From NCBI GenBank assembly GCA_050012495.1, contig JBEKHB010000009.1, forward strand, positions 6,460 to 70,459: a stretch of DNA of 64,000 nucleotides. The letters are read 5' to 3'. The notes beneath the pieces are model-generated. The model saw nothing but the letters and a program-made list of their open reading frames with translations. It made no database searches and was not told where the DNA came from. The position numbers and the translations under genes were made by a program. This document shows, in pieces, positions 18,718 through 28,441 of this stretch. How positions within the stretch are numbered: the stretch's first letter is position 1; every line of letters begins with the position of its first letter. Source of the stretch: Syntrophorhabdales bacterium. GTDB taxonomy: Bacteria; Desulfobacterota; Syntrophorhabdia; Syntrophorhabdales; WCHB1-27.

Positions 18718-19426
18718 ACTGCGACAGGTCGACGTGCATCGGCGAGATGTCCGGATTCTCTGGTCTGTCTCGCTTCGAGTGGAAGACGGTAAGATTGTCG
18801 CGCTGCTGGGCCCGAACGCCGCGGGGAAAACCACCCTTCTCATGACCATATCCGGATTGATCAAGCCTTCAAAAGGGACGGTCTTTTTTGAGGGTAATCA
18901 GATTGACAGGCAGCCTGTGCACCGGATCGTGGAACTTGGAGTGAGCATGGTTCCTGAAGGAAGGCGGTTGTTTCCCGAGATGAGTGTTTTTGAAAACCTC
19001 GAGCTCGGGGCCTTTACCCCGAAGGCGCGGGCACGAAAGGAGCAGACCGCCGAGGAAGTCTTCAAGGTTTTTCCCGTCCTTAAAGAGAGGAGCGCCCAAA
19101 TGGCGGGCACCCTGAGCGGAGGGGAACAACAAATGCTGGCTATCGCCAGGGCGTTGATGTCCAGGCCGAAGCTGCTGCTCATCGACGAGCTCTCCTGGGG
19201 GCTGTCGCCGAAGATCATAAAAGATATTTCGGAGACCATCGTACGGATCAACAAAACAACGGGGCTGACTATTGTTATGGTGGAGCAGAACGTCGCCCTG
19301 TCTCTTGAGATGGCAGACTATGCCTATATTCTTGAAAATGGCCGCATTGTGGGGATGGGGGAAGCCGCCCGGCTTCGCGAGAGCGAGCAGGTCAAGAATG
19401 CCTACCTGGGTTTAGGGGACGCATAA
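18710..19426 (+). CDS. ABC transporter ATP-binding protein, LivF-like
   Basis: Walker A GPNAAGKTT, signature LSGGEQQ and Walker B LLLIDE. I prefer the ATG at 18710 (MLELRQV), which overlaps the upstream stop. The track start is 18695. Confidence 0.88.
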   Translation: MLELRQVDVHRRDVRILWSVSLRVEDGKIVALLGPNAAGKTTLLMTISGLIKPSKGTVFFEGNQIDRQPVHRIVELGVSMVPEGRRLFPEMSVFENLELGAFTPKARARKEQTAEEVFKVFPVLKERSAQMAGTLSGGEQQMLAIARALMSRPKLLLIDELSWGLSPKIIKDISETIVRINKTTGLTIVMVEQNVALSLEMADYAYILENGRIVGMGEAARLRESEQVKNAYLGLGDA

Positions 19427-20274
19427 TGGCGCAGATTATTGCCTACGGGATCATTACGGGTGCATTCTATGGTCTGGCGGCCATCGGACTCTCCCTCGTA
19501 TTCGGCGTCATGAGGCATCTCAATATAGCCCACGGCTCTCTCCTGATGGTCGGCGGCTTCACCGCCTACTGGGCCTTCAACCTGCTGCATCTGGACCCCT
19601 TTCTCTCCATCCCCCTGGTAATGGCCATTCTGTTCCTCCTCGGGGCGGCCCTTTACAAAGGCCTCTTTTCGCACCTGGATAAACTACCCGAGGGTCAGAA
19701 AATTGACAATTCCATGTTGGTTGGTTTTGGGCTCATCTGGATCATGGATAACCTCGCAACCATGCTATGGACATCCGACGTGCGTGCCATCACGCCCTCT
19801 TACACGGGCAAGGTCTGGCATGTTTTTCCCGGAGTTCGACTGCCTTTGGTGGGTTTGGCCATCGTTGCTCTCGCGGTCCTCGTCATCTTTTCCCTGCACT
19901 TTCTCCTCACGAGAACGTATTTCGGAAAGGCGGTAAGGGCCACCGCGCAGGATAGAGAAGCTGCCAACCTCATGGGGATCAACGTGGAACGGACGTACCT
20001 GATGTTTTTTGCCCTGAGCGCCGCTCTCGCCGGGATTGCCGGCGTGGTGAGTGCCGTCAACTATTCTGTTTATCCTACGGTTGGCTTCGAATGGCTCCTG
20101 AAAGCGATCATCGTCCTTGTGCTCGCAGGTGTCGGAAGGATTGGCCGGGTTTTTGGCGCCGGCCTGCTATTGGGGCTCGCAGAAGGGATAAGTGTCTATT
20201 TCGTCGGTCCGGCTTACCGGGAGGTTGTCGGGCTCGTCATGTTTATTCTGGTCCTCTTGAGAAGGTCCGCTTAG
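19426..20274 (+). CDS. Branched-chain amino acid-type ABC permease, LivH-like
   Basis: Polytopic protein with family-typical MAQIIAYGIITGAFYGLAAIGLSLVFGV. TAATG overlap with the upstream gene. Confidence 0.85.
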   Translation: MAQIIAYGIITGAFYGLAAIGLSLVFGVMRHLNIAHGSLLMVGGFTAYWAFNLLHLDPFLSIPLVMAILFLLGAALYKGLFSHLDKLPEGQKIDNSMLVGFGLIWIMDNLATMLWTSDVRAITPSYTGKVWHVFPGVRLPLVGLAIVALAVLVIFSLHFLLTRTYFGKAVRATAQDREAANLMGINVERTYLMFFALSAALAGIAGVVSAVNYSVYPTVGFEWLLKAIIVLVLAGVGRIGRVFGAGLLLGLAEGISVYFVGPAYREVVGLVMFILVLLRRSA

Positions 20275-20286
20275 AGGGAGACGCGC

Positions 20287-21231
20287 GTGGAGTACGGCGG
20301 GAAGGGGTTTGTCGTTTCGGGGATCGTCGTTGCCGTGCTCATCGTGTTCCCGCTGACCCTGGGCACGGAACATACGCTCAATCTGTTTGTCATGCTCTTC
20401 ATCACGATTATTCTCGCCCACGGTTGGAACATGCTGGGGGGTTACGGCGGGCAGATCAGCCTGGGGAATGCGGCGTTTTTCGGTGTAGGGCTGCTCAGCT
20501 TCCATTTTTTGGCCTGGAACGCGGGCCTTCCCGTCTACATTGCGTTGCCTGCGGGTGGGGTCTCAGGGGTTGTTCTGGCCAGTTTCATCGGGATTCCGGC
20601 GCTTCGGCTCAAGGGAATCTACTTCGCTATCGGCACCCTGGCCCTGGCGGAAGCGCTCCGGATCACCTATGGCAACTTGTTCCCGGCGACCCTCTATATA
20701 CCTACCGTCCAGATCACTACCTATACGCTTCTGTCGCGCTACTACATGGGCCTGGCAACAGCAGTCTTTATCCAGGGTGCGGCGTACTGCATTATCAAAT
20801 CCAAAATTGGGCTGGCGATGAAGGCGATCCGGGATGACGACGAGGCGGCTGACACGCTGGGGGTCAATTTATTCAAATACAAGTTTCTGGCGCTGGTATT
20901 CAATAGTTTTTGTTGCGGCCTTGCAGGCGGAATTTATGCCTACTACCAGACGTCGATTTACCTCACCGTACCGTTCAGCCCTCAGTGGACATTCGAGCCG
21001 CTCGTAGCCGCCGCTGTCGGGGGGGCGGGAACGCTGCTGGGTCCCGTGATCGGTTCGGTCTTCCTGATCATACTCACGGAGACCTTTGCATTGTATTTAG
21101 GAAAAGGGTACCTCATCATTTTCGGAGCCCTGTTCATATTTGTGGTGCTTTTCTTTCCGGGAGGGCTGGTCGGGACCTGGCCGAGGGTCGGGATGTTTTT
21201 GGGGTTCCGAAGACGCGCAACGAAGGATTGA
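20287..21231 (+). CDS. Branched-chain amino acid-type ABC permease, LivM-like
   Basis: Polytopic protein with GGYGGQISLGNAAFFGVG and DDDEAADTLGVN, typical of LivM. Confidence 0.85.
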   Translation: MEYGGKGFVVSGIVVAVLIVFPLTLGTEHTLNLFVMLFITIILAHGWNMLGGYGGQISLGNAAFFGVGLLSFHFLAWNAGLPVYIALPAGGVSGVVLASFIGIPALRLKGIYFAIGTLALAEALRITYGNLFPATLYIPTVQITTYTLLSRYYMGLATAVFIQGAAYCIIKSKIGLAMKAIRDDDEAADTLGVNLFKYKFLALVFNSFCCGLAGGIYAYYQTSIYLTVPFSPQWTFEPLVAAAVGGAGTLLGPVIGSVFLIILTETFALYLGKGYLIIFGALFIFVVLFFPGGLVGTWPRVGMFLGFRRRATKD

Positions 21232-21295
21232 AGCAGCCAAATACGAGTATGAGTGACTGAATAGGAAGAAGAATGAGCGACTCGGGAGAGGGAAA

Positions 21296-22759
21296 ATGAT
21301 TGAAGACGAACTGGTAAAGATCCTTGGTGCTGACGGCGTGGCCCGGGAGCGGGCGGCACGTGAGGCGTATAGCGCCGATATGAGCTTCGCCCATTCAATA
21401 ATGCCGGATTGTGTGGCGAGACCGAGAAATGCCGAAGAGATCGCAAAGATAGTGAAACTCGCCAACCTGACTTTGACCCCCCTTGTTCCCGTAAGCTCGG
21501 GGCCTCCCCACTTCCGAGGCGATACCGTGCCTGGCATGGGAGGGACGGTCATTGTCGACTTACGCGGGATGAAGAGCATTGTACGGGTGGACCGGCAGAA
21601 CAAGACTGCCTTATGTGAACCAGGAACCACGTTTGCGGAGCTGCTGCCCGCCGTGGAGAAGGAGGGACTGAGGCTGAACATGCCTTTACTCCCGCGGAGA
21701 TCGAAATCGGTGGTGGGGAGCCTGCTCGAAAGGGAGCCGGTAACCATGCCCGGGTACCACTGGGACATCGCGGACCCATTGGCCTGCGTTGAGGTAGTTT
21801 TCGGGACGGGCGATCTCTTCCGGACGGGATCGGCCGCGGGGCCAGGTACGCTGGAAGACCAGTGGGCGCGGGGACTGGCGCCAAATTACGCCGAGGGGCC
21901 GTCTCAGGCGTCCCTTCACAGGGTGATCCAGGGGGCGCAGGGCACGATGGGTATCGTGACGTGGGCTTCAATGCGATGCGAGCTGCTGCCCGAGCTTGAG
22001 GAACCTTTCATGGCCGGCTCGCCCCGCCTCGACACGCTCCTCGACCTGGTGCACTGGCTCATAAGACTCCGGCTGGTCGATGAGTGCTTTATAGTGAACA
22101 ATACTAATCTGGCAGTAATCATGGCGGCGACCAGGCCCGACGATTTTCATGAGCTGAAGTCGGCCCTGCCCCGGTGGATACTTTTCTTCACTATAGCCGG
22201 CTATACGTACATGCCTGAAGAAAGGGTCGACTACCAGACAAGGGACATGATGGATCTGAGCCGACGGGTGGCCGTGGCGCCGGCAAAAACAATGGCCGGG
22301 ATCCCTGCCTCGGAGCTACTGAAAAAAGTGCGCCGGCCTTCCGATGAACCTTATTGGAAGCTGCGCCGCGAAGGAGGCTGCCAGGACATATGCTTCCTGA
22401 CGCTCTATGATAAGCTCCCGGGGCTGGTTGCAGCCATGGATGACCGGGCAGATGCCGGCGGCTGCCCCTCGTCACACCTCGGCGTCTACCTCCAGCCTCT
22501 CGTGCAGGGAAGCACCTGCCACTGTGAATTCAACCTGTTTTATGACCGTGAAAGCGCCAGGGAATCAGACCGGATTCGCGACTTGGTTGGAATCGCCACA
22601 AGAGACCTCATGGCCGGGGGGGCTTTTTTCTCGCGACCCTACGGCGAAAACGCAAAGATCATCATGAACGGCGATGCGGCTACGTCGGCCGCGCTGGCGA
22701 AGGTTAAGGCCATCTTCGACCCGAATAACATCATGAATCCGGGAAAACTCTGTTTTTGA
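21296..22759 (+). CDS. FAD-binding (PCMH-type, GlcD/D-lactate dehydrogenase-like) oxidoreductase, triad 1 subunit A
   Basis: FAD-binding domain (ARPRNAEEIAKIVKLANLTLTPLVPVSSG) and C-terminal DPNNIMNPGKLCF. Paralog of 35716..37173. Confidence 0.8.
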   Translation: MIEDELVKILGADGVARERAAREAYSADMSFAHSIMPDCVARPRNAEEIAKIVKLANLTLTPLVPVSSGPPHFRGDTVPGMGGTVIVDLRGMKSIVRVDRQNKTALCEPGTTFAELLPAVEKEGLRLNMPLLPRRSKSVVGSLLEREPVTMPGYHWDIADPLACVEVVFGTGDLFRTGSAAGPGTLEDQWARGLAPNYAEGPSQASLHRVIQGAQGTMGIVTWASMRCELLPELEEPFMAGSPRLDTLLDLVHWLIRLRLVDECFIVNNTNLAVIMAATRPDDFHELKSALPRWILFFTIAGYTYMPEERVDYQTRDMMDLSRRVAVAPAKTMAGIPASELLKKVRRPSDEPYWKLRREGGCQDICFLTLYDKLPGLVAAMDDRADAGGCPSSHLGVYLQPLVQGSTCHCEFNLFYDRESARESDRIRDLVGIATRDLMAGGAFFSRPYGENAKIIMNGDAATSAALAKVKAIFDPNNIMNPGKLCF

Positions 22760-22804
22760 GAAGAAGCATAGTTCAATGAAGCTTTGCGTAAGGAGGAGAT
22801 GAAG

Positions 22805-24100
22805 ATGGCACTCGAGGATTACAGGGGCGACATGGAGATGTGCTGCAGGTGCTCCCTCTGCAAATTTATGCCTGTCGAAAGGATCAAGGGGTATCACCAT
22901 GTCAATGGGTGTCCCAGCATCGCAAGGTATAACTTCCATGCTTACTCCGGAGGCGGCAGATTAAACATTGCCGTCGCTATGTTGCAGGAAAGGCTCGATT
23001 TTTCGGACAAGCTCCTTGAGGTGGTCTATAACTGCCAGATGTGTGGCGCTTGTGACGTCTCCTGCAAATATGTCATGGATATGGAAGTGCTCGAGCCCCT
23101 TAACGAATTGAGGATCAAGTGCGTTGAGGACGGCCGCACCATCCCTGCTCTCGATCACCTGATGAAGAGACTTCGAAAGCAAGGGGCCATGGTGCCCGGG
23201 TCCAGAGCCGGGCGGGGTAAATGGGCTCACGGACTGGACGTAAAGGCGTGGGCCGCCCAAAAGACCGAAGTGCTCTATCATGCGGGGTGCAGGTCATCCT
23301 TTGACAAAGAGTTGTGGAGTGTGGCCAGGGCCACAGTGACCCTGCTGCAAAAAGCAGGGGTTGACGTGGGTATTGCCGGCGAACAGGAGTCGTGCTGCGG
23401 GGGTCGGGCTTATCAGATGGGATATAAGGCGGATTTTCTCCGCCAGGCGCGATGCAACATCGAGGCATTTGAAAAATATGGCGTCAGGACCCTGGTAACC
23501 GGTTGTGCTGACTGTTACCATGCCTTCAAGGTACTGTATGACAAATTCGGCATGAAGGGCGACCTGGAAGTACTGCACACCGCGGAGTACTTCGACAGGC
23601 TGATCACGGAAGGCAGGCTCAAATTGGTCCATGAGGTTGCAGCGAAGGTTACCTACCATGACCCGTGTCGCCTTGGCAGGCTGGGAGAACCGTACATTTG
23701 CAGGGAAGGGAGCGAGGTCCCGGGACAGGTGCGCATATTTGACCCCCCGAGAGATTACAGACGGGGCACGCACGGAGTTTATGACCCGCCACGCGCGGTG
23801 CTCAAAAGTATCCCCGGCCTGGAGTTACTAGAGATGGATCGGATAAAGGAATACGCGTGGTGTTGCGGGGCGGGTGGCGGCGTCAAAGAGGCGAACGACG
23901 AATTTGCTCAATGGACTGCCCGACAGCGCATCGGTGAGGCTGAGTCGACCGGGGCTCAGGCTATTGTCACCGCATGCCCCGGATGCGAGCAAAACTTCAG
24001 GGATGCTCTTAAGGGCAGTGGGAGCGGACTGAGGGTTTATGACCTTGTTGAGGTGTTGGAGAAGGCAACCCAGGAGGGAGGTTGTTCATCATGTCTCTAG
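22805..24100 (+). CDS. (Fe-S)-binding protein with two CCG domains (GlcF/HdrD/GlpC-like), triad 1 subunit B
   Basis: Cys clusters CCRCSLCKFMP and CQMCGACDVSC. CCG motifs SCCGGRA and WCCGAGGG. I prefer the ATG at 22805, 8 nt after GGAGG. The track start is a TTG at 22784. Confidence 0.8.
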   Translation: MALEDYRGDMEMCCRCSLCKFMPVERIKGYHHVNGCPSIARYNFHAYSGGGRLNIAVAMLQERLDFSDKLLEVVYNCQMCGACDVSCKYVMDMEVLEPLNELRIKCVEDGRTIPALDHLMKRLRKQGAMVPGSRAGRGKWAHGLDVKAWAAQKTEVLYHAGCRSSFDKELWSVARATVTLLQKAGVDVGIAGEQESCCGGRAYQMGYKADFLRQARCNIEAFEKYGVRTLVTGCADCYHAFKVLYDKFGMKGDLEVLHTAEYFDRLITEGRLKLVHEVAAKVTYHDPCRLGRLGEPYICREGSEVPGQVRIFDPPRDYRRGTHGVYDPPRAVLKSIPGLELLEMDRIKEYAWCCGAGGGVKEANDEFAQWTARQRIGEAESTGAQAIVTACPGCEQNFRDALKGSGSGLRVYDLVEVLEKATQEGGCSSCL

Positions 24101-25680
24101 AAAAGGAAGTCTATCGGGCATTTGAGGACGTGGTGGGTCCGGAGAACATCTCCGAAGATCCGGCAATATTGGATGCCTATGCGTGGGTAGGCAAGTCGGC
24201 AGGGGCAAAAAGGCCCGTAATGCCGGGCGATGAAAAGAAGGACGTAGCCACGTTTGTCTTTGCACCCAGATTCCAGGCCGTCATCCTTCCGAAAGACACG
24301 TTAGAGGTCCAGGCCATAGTGAAGACCTGCAACAGGCGCGGGGTGAAGGTGAGGGCCTTCAGCACCGGCTGGGTCGGCGGCAACGTTCCAGGCAGTTCAC
24401 ATGTGGTCCTTCTCGACCTGAGAAGGATGAACCGCATCCTCGAAATCAATGAAAAGAACATGTATGCCGTGGTTGAACCTTATGTAATAGCCGCGCAGCT
24501 CCAGGCAGAGCTGATGAAGAAAGGCTTGAATTGCAACGTCAACGGCGGCGGCGCTCATACGTCGGCGCTTCCCCTGGCTGCCTTCTGGGGTACCGGCCAT
24601 ATGGGGCAATCGACGAGCAACGGAGAGCGAAACTTGCTCGCCGTGGAATGGGTGACGCCCGAAGGCGAGATAGTGAGGCTCGGCTCCTCGGGATCGTCAA
24701 ACGAGTGGTTCTGCGGCGATGGCCCGGGACCGTCTCTGCGGGGCATCATCAGGGGTGCTACTACTCCTTTGGGTGGGATGGGCGTTTACACAAAGGCGGC
24801 AACGAAGGTCTATCACTGGCCCGGTCCGCCGGTCTTTCCGGTTGAGGGCGTCTCCCCGCACTATGGGCCGGGGGCTATGCCGCCATGCTTTATGATCCGC
24901 TACTTCTCATTCCCCTCATTTGAGAAGCTGGACGAGGCACAGTGCAAGATCGGTGAAAGCCGGATCGCCTTCGAGTTGATGGGTTTTCCCATGTCAATGA
25001 TAGCGGCCAATATGGCCACGAGCAATGAGGAGGAAATCAGCACTTTCGAGAGACTGCGCACTCAGGTACAGGGGCCGGGGTTCATCGTGATAATAGCAGG
25101 AAACTCGCAGGGGGACTTTGAGTACAAGAAACGCGTGCTGGAGCGGATCACCCGTGAAACGGACGGCAAGTCGCTGGAGATAATGGAGGACCCTAAAATA
25201 GGAGGGGCGCAACTGTGGCGATTCATACGGATTTCGGCGTCTGTCCGCGAGACCATGCGGGCCGCGGGAGGCCATTTTGGGATTTTTCCGGGGCACAGCC
25301 AGTTTCTCTCAATCACTCGGTTCACCCGAAAAGTGGCGGAGATGAAGGGAGAGCTGCAGCGAAAGGGCTTATTGGTCGATGACGGTGCCGATGCTTTTCC
25401 CTGGACCGAGGAGCACGGGTATATTGCTCATGCCGAGGTACTTTTTCGTTTTGCTCCCAGCCACGAATCGATCGTGGGCATTCAAGGCCTTCGAAAAGAT
25501 TCCGTCGAGCTCGCCCTGCACGAGCCCGTCGGGGTACCCTTCTTTGCAACGGGCGACCAGCTGCACGACGTGTTCGGGCCGGTCTCGTCGAATTACCATC
25601 TGTGGCTGCGCAAGATCAAGAAGGCCTTTGATCCCTCCGGGACGGCCGATTCAGCAGGCTACATAACCGCGAGAGACTAG
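24091..25680 (+). CDS. FAD-binding oxidoreductase (large, ~530 aa), triad 1 subunit C
   Basis: N-terminus EVYRAFEDVVGPENISEDPAILDAY plus the FAD domain AVILPKDTLEVQAIVKTCNRRGVKVRAFSTGW. Paralog of 32706..34316. The ATG at 24091 overlaps the subunit B stop by 10 nt. Confidence 0.75.
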   Translation: MSLEKEVYRAFEDVVGPENISEDPAILDAYAWVGKSAGAKRPVMPGDEKKDVATFVFAPRFQAVILPKDTLEVQAIVKTCNRRGVKVRAFSTGWVGGNVPGSSHVVLLDLRRMNRILEINEKNMYAVVEPYVIAAQLQAELMKKGLNCNVNGGGAHTSALPLAAFWGTGHMGQSTSNGERNLLAVEWVTPEGEIVRLGSSGSSNEWFCGDGPGPSLRGIIRGATTPLGGMGVYTKAATKVYHWPGPPVFPVEGVSPHYGPGAMPPCFMIRYFSFPSFEKLDEAQCKIGESRIAFELMGFPMSMIAANMATSNEEEISTFERLRTQVQGPGFIVIIAGNSQGDFEYKKRVLERITRETDGKSLEIMEDPKIGGAQLWRFIRISASVRETMRAAGGHFGIFPGHSQFLSITRFTRKVAEMKGELQRKGLLVDDGADAFPWTEEHGYIAHAEVLFRFAPSHESIVGIQGLRKDSVELALHEPVGVPFFATGDQLHDVFGPVSSNYHLWLRKIKKAFDPSGTADSAGYITARD

Positions 25681-25758
25681 GAGGAATGCTCTCCGGCTGC
25701 AGCGCGGGCGCACCGGTCATTGAAATTGCGGGAGAGGGAGGTTGATAGACATCATCGT

Positions 25759-26559
25759 ATGGATACAAAAGGTAAATCATCTGAAGAGGCGTTGTCGGGC
25801 CGGCGTCCGGGCCATGCCGTGACGCACAGGAAGAAAGAGCTCACGAGCACAAAAGTATATCGGGAGCTAAGAATCATGATCGGCGCTAATCGCTTCAAGC
25901 CCGGACTGCGACTCAATGTGGAGGAGTTGAGAAAAGAGTTAGGCTTCAGCCGGACCTCGGTTTGGGAAGCCATCAGGAGGCTTGAGCAGGACGGGATCGT
26001 TTGGAACATTCCCCATAGGGGGGTTTTCATGGCTGAGAATCCCCTTGAGAGAGTGCGGGACCTGATCGGGGTACGCGGGGCATTGGACCGGCTGGCCGGC
26101 CAACTGGCAGTGGGACGAACGAGCAGCCGCATCATTGATCAGCTTTCCCGATGTCTGCCTGATCAGTTGCGGGCTATCGAGAGGGCCGATGTCGGCGGCT
26201 ATGTCGCGGCGGATGTCCGGTTTCATGTCCTCATTTGCGAAGCCAGCGGAAACGCCTATCTCAGGGATCTTTACGAATCGATAACCATGCATGTGTTTCC
26301 CAGCCCCTTTGACTACCTGCCGTGCCTCTCCCCCGCTTATCTGGCCCATCAGGAAGTCGTTGCGGGTTTGTCGGATAGAGATCCTGACCGTGTTGATAAC
26401 GCTATGGTTCGCCACACTGAGATCGCCATGAGTCACCTCAAGGAACAGATGCGGGCCCAGGTCGAACGTGGAGAAATGGTGCGGAACATAAGAGAGAATT
26501 CTTCTTTGCCCGGACCGCGAAAAAAGTGCCGAAAATTGGAAGAGAGTTCTGACCGGTGA
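25759..26559 (+). CDS. GntR-family transcriptional regulator with FCD (FadR C-terminal-like) domain
   Basis: wHTH LNVEELRKELGFSRTSVWEAIRRLEQDGIV followed by an all-helical C-terminal domain. Start is ambiguous between a TTG at 25720 and the ATG at 25759. Confidence 0.8.
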   Translation: MDTKGKSSEEALSGRRPGHAVTHRKKELTSTKVYRELRIMIGANRFKPGLRLNVEELRKELGFSRTSVWEAIRRLEQDGIVWNIPHRGVFMAENPLERVRDLIGVRGALDRLAGQLAVGRTSSRIIDQLSRCLPDQLRAIERADVGGYVAADVRFHVLICEASGNAYLRDLYESITMHVFPSPFDYLPCLSPAYLAHQEVVAGLSDRDPDRVDNAMVRHTEIAMSHLKEQMRAQVERGEMVRNIRENSSLPGPRKKCRKLEESSDR

Positions 26560-26686
26560 CACTCGCCGGTAACAGCTTACTGGATCGCCGCTGAAATTAG
26601 ATTTTCTCACATCGAATGCGACGGGGAGGTTCCTTTTCTCAGGCCTGATTGGAGGAACGGATGGACATCCGTGTTAATTAAGACTT

Positions 26687-27607
26687 CTACGCCTTGCTGC
26701 GATTTGTCGCATAAATACCCGCGGCCACGAGGACCAGGCCGGTGATGAGCCCGGTTGTCATCTGCTCATGGAGAAAAAGCCCGCTCGCTGCCGTGCCGAA
26801 GATGGGGGTGAGCAAGGTGAAGACGGCAAGCTGCGATATGGGATAGGAGTGTATCATCTTGAACCAGACAAGGTAGGAGGCAAAGGCGACGATGATCGAC
26901 GAATAAAGGACGCCGCCGATAACGAAGGGGGTGATCTTGATTACCCACCGGGGCTCCAGGATGACGGCGAACACGAAGATAATCGGTATCGAGAAGACAA
27001 GCTGGTAGAGGAAGGTATTGATGGGGTGCACCCTTTCAGCAAGGTATTTTTTTATATAGACGGTCGTGGCGCCCCAGAAGACCGCCCCGCCGATGGCGAA
27101 GATATCGCCGAGCAACATGACCGGGGTCCAGGTCCTCGGCTTGCCCTGCAGGACCATATAGGCGCCGAGAAAGGCGAGAATCATGCCGATGATCCGCATC
27201 GTCCCCAACTTTTCTTTCACCACTGCCCAGGCCCCCAGGGCGACCACAAAGGTGGATAGGTTTAACAGTATGGCGGTCCGTGCGGCATCCGTATAGACAA
27301 GGCCGACGTAGATGCAGATGAATTCCGCACCGAAAAGCAGGCCGACCACAAAGCCGTGAAAGAGCCGGATATCCCGGTGGAAAAGGCGCTGCTTTACCGA
27401 GAGACAGTAGAGAATGCCAAGGATGGAGGCGATTACGGACCTCAAAAGAGAGTTGAAGACGGGCGAGAGGCCAAGGTTGGTGACCTTTACGACCGGATAA
27501 TTGACGCCCCACAGCATGGTGAGACCCACGAGCATCAGCACCCCGACAAGATCGATATGGTCCTTCCTTCCCGTCAAAGCCTGCGATGCCCCGCTGTCTC
27601 CCTGCAT
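26687..27607 (-). CDS. DMT-superfamily (EamA) transporter
   Basis: About ten hydrophobic helices in two EamA-like repeats. Confidence 0.75.
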   Translation of the reverse strand: MQGDSGASQALTGRKDHIDLVGVLMLVGLTMLWGVNYPVVKVTNLGLSPVFNSLLRSVIASILGILYCLSVKQRLFHRDIRLFHGFVVGLLFGAEFICIYVGLVYTDAARTAILLNLSTFVVALGAWAVVKEKLGTMRIIGMILAFLGAYMVLQGKPRTWTPVMLLGDIFAIGGAVFWGATTVYIKKYLAERVHPINTFLYQLVFSIPIIFVFAVILEPRWVIKITPFVIGGVLYSSIIVAFASYLVWFKMIHSYPISQLAVFTLLTPIFGTAASGLFLHEQMTTGLITGLVLVAAGIYATNRSKA

Positions 27608-27682
27608 GAGCCCCCCGGTCTTTTGGCCGCGTTCTTATCTGAGAATAGCACGAGCGGTTATTGCAAGACAAGGCCACGGGGC

Positions 27683-27702
27683 ATAGGTCCTATAGGACCT
27701 AT
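27683..27702. promoter_or_regulatory. Perfect 20-bp palindrome ataggtcctataggacctat in the divergent EamA / response-regulator gap
   Basis: The sequence equals its own reverse complement over all 20 nt. Confidence 0.9.
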
Positions 27703-27757
27703 CAAGAAAGGTTCGCCATATTTTTAAATGCGCGATTTTGTACTATACTATATCTTC

Positions 27758-28441
27758 ATGGATGTGCTGGTCATAGAAGACGAAGCAAAAGTGGTCGATT
27801 TCATCAGCAAGGGCCTCGACGAGGAGGGTTATACAGTCACGGCGGGTTATAACGGCAAGCAGGGACTCGACCTTCTGAAGACCCACAAGTATGATATCGT
27901 GCTCCTCGACCTGATGATACCCGAGATCGACGGTCTCAAGGTACTGAGGAACATGAGGGCGTGGGGCATCAACACGCCGGTCCTGATCATTACGGCAAAA
28001 AGCTCCAAAGAGGACGTGGTGCGCGGCCTTGACACGGGCAGTGACGATTACCTTACCAAGCCCTTCTCCTTCGAGGAGCTTCTTGCGAGGATTCGCGCCC
28101 TGCTGCGCCGCAGCGCGGCGAGAGAGGGCCACACGCTGAAGTACTCCGAGCTTACGCTTAACCCGTACAGCCGCATACTCTCAAGGGGCTTGAAAGAGGC
28201 AGAGCTTACAGAAAAGGAGTTCCTTCTCCTGGAGCTCATGATCAGGAACAGCGAGAGACCCCTTACCCGCAGGGAGATGGCCGAATATGTCTGGCAAAAC
28301 TTTGCCGATTCAACCAACATCGTCGACGTCTACATAAACTTCCTGAGAAAGAAAATAGAATCCATCACGCCAAAAAAGTATATCCAGACGGTCAGGGGGA
28401 TCGGCTACATCTTGAAGGAAGAGGATGAGAAGGCTGTCTAA
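27758..28441 (+). CDS. OmpR/PhoB-family response regulator
   Basis: Receiver motifs MDVLVIEDE and DLMIPEIDG, with a C-terminal wHTH (TVRGIGYIL). The track ORF starts at 27728, but the N-terminus fits 27758. Confidence 0.9.
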   Translation: MDVLVIEDEAKVVDFISKGLDEEGYTVTAGYNGKQGLDLLKTHKYDIVLLDLMIPEIDGLKVLRNMRAWGINTPVLIITAKSSKEDVVRGLDTGSDDYLTKPFSFEELLARIRALLRRSAAREGHTLKYSELTLNPYSRILSRGLKEAELTEKEFLLLELMIRNSERPLTRREMAEYVWQNFADSTNIVDVYINFLRKKIESITPKKYIQTVRGIGYILKEEDEKAV

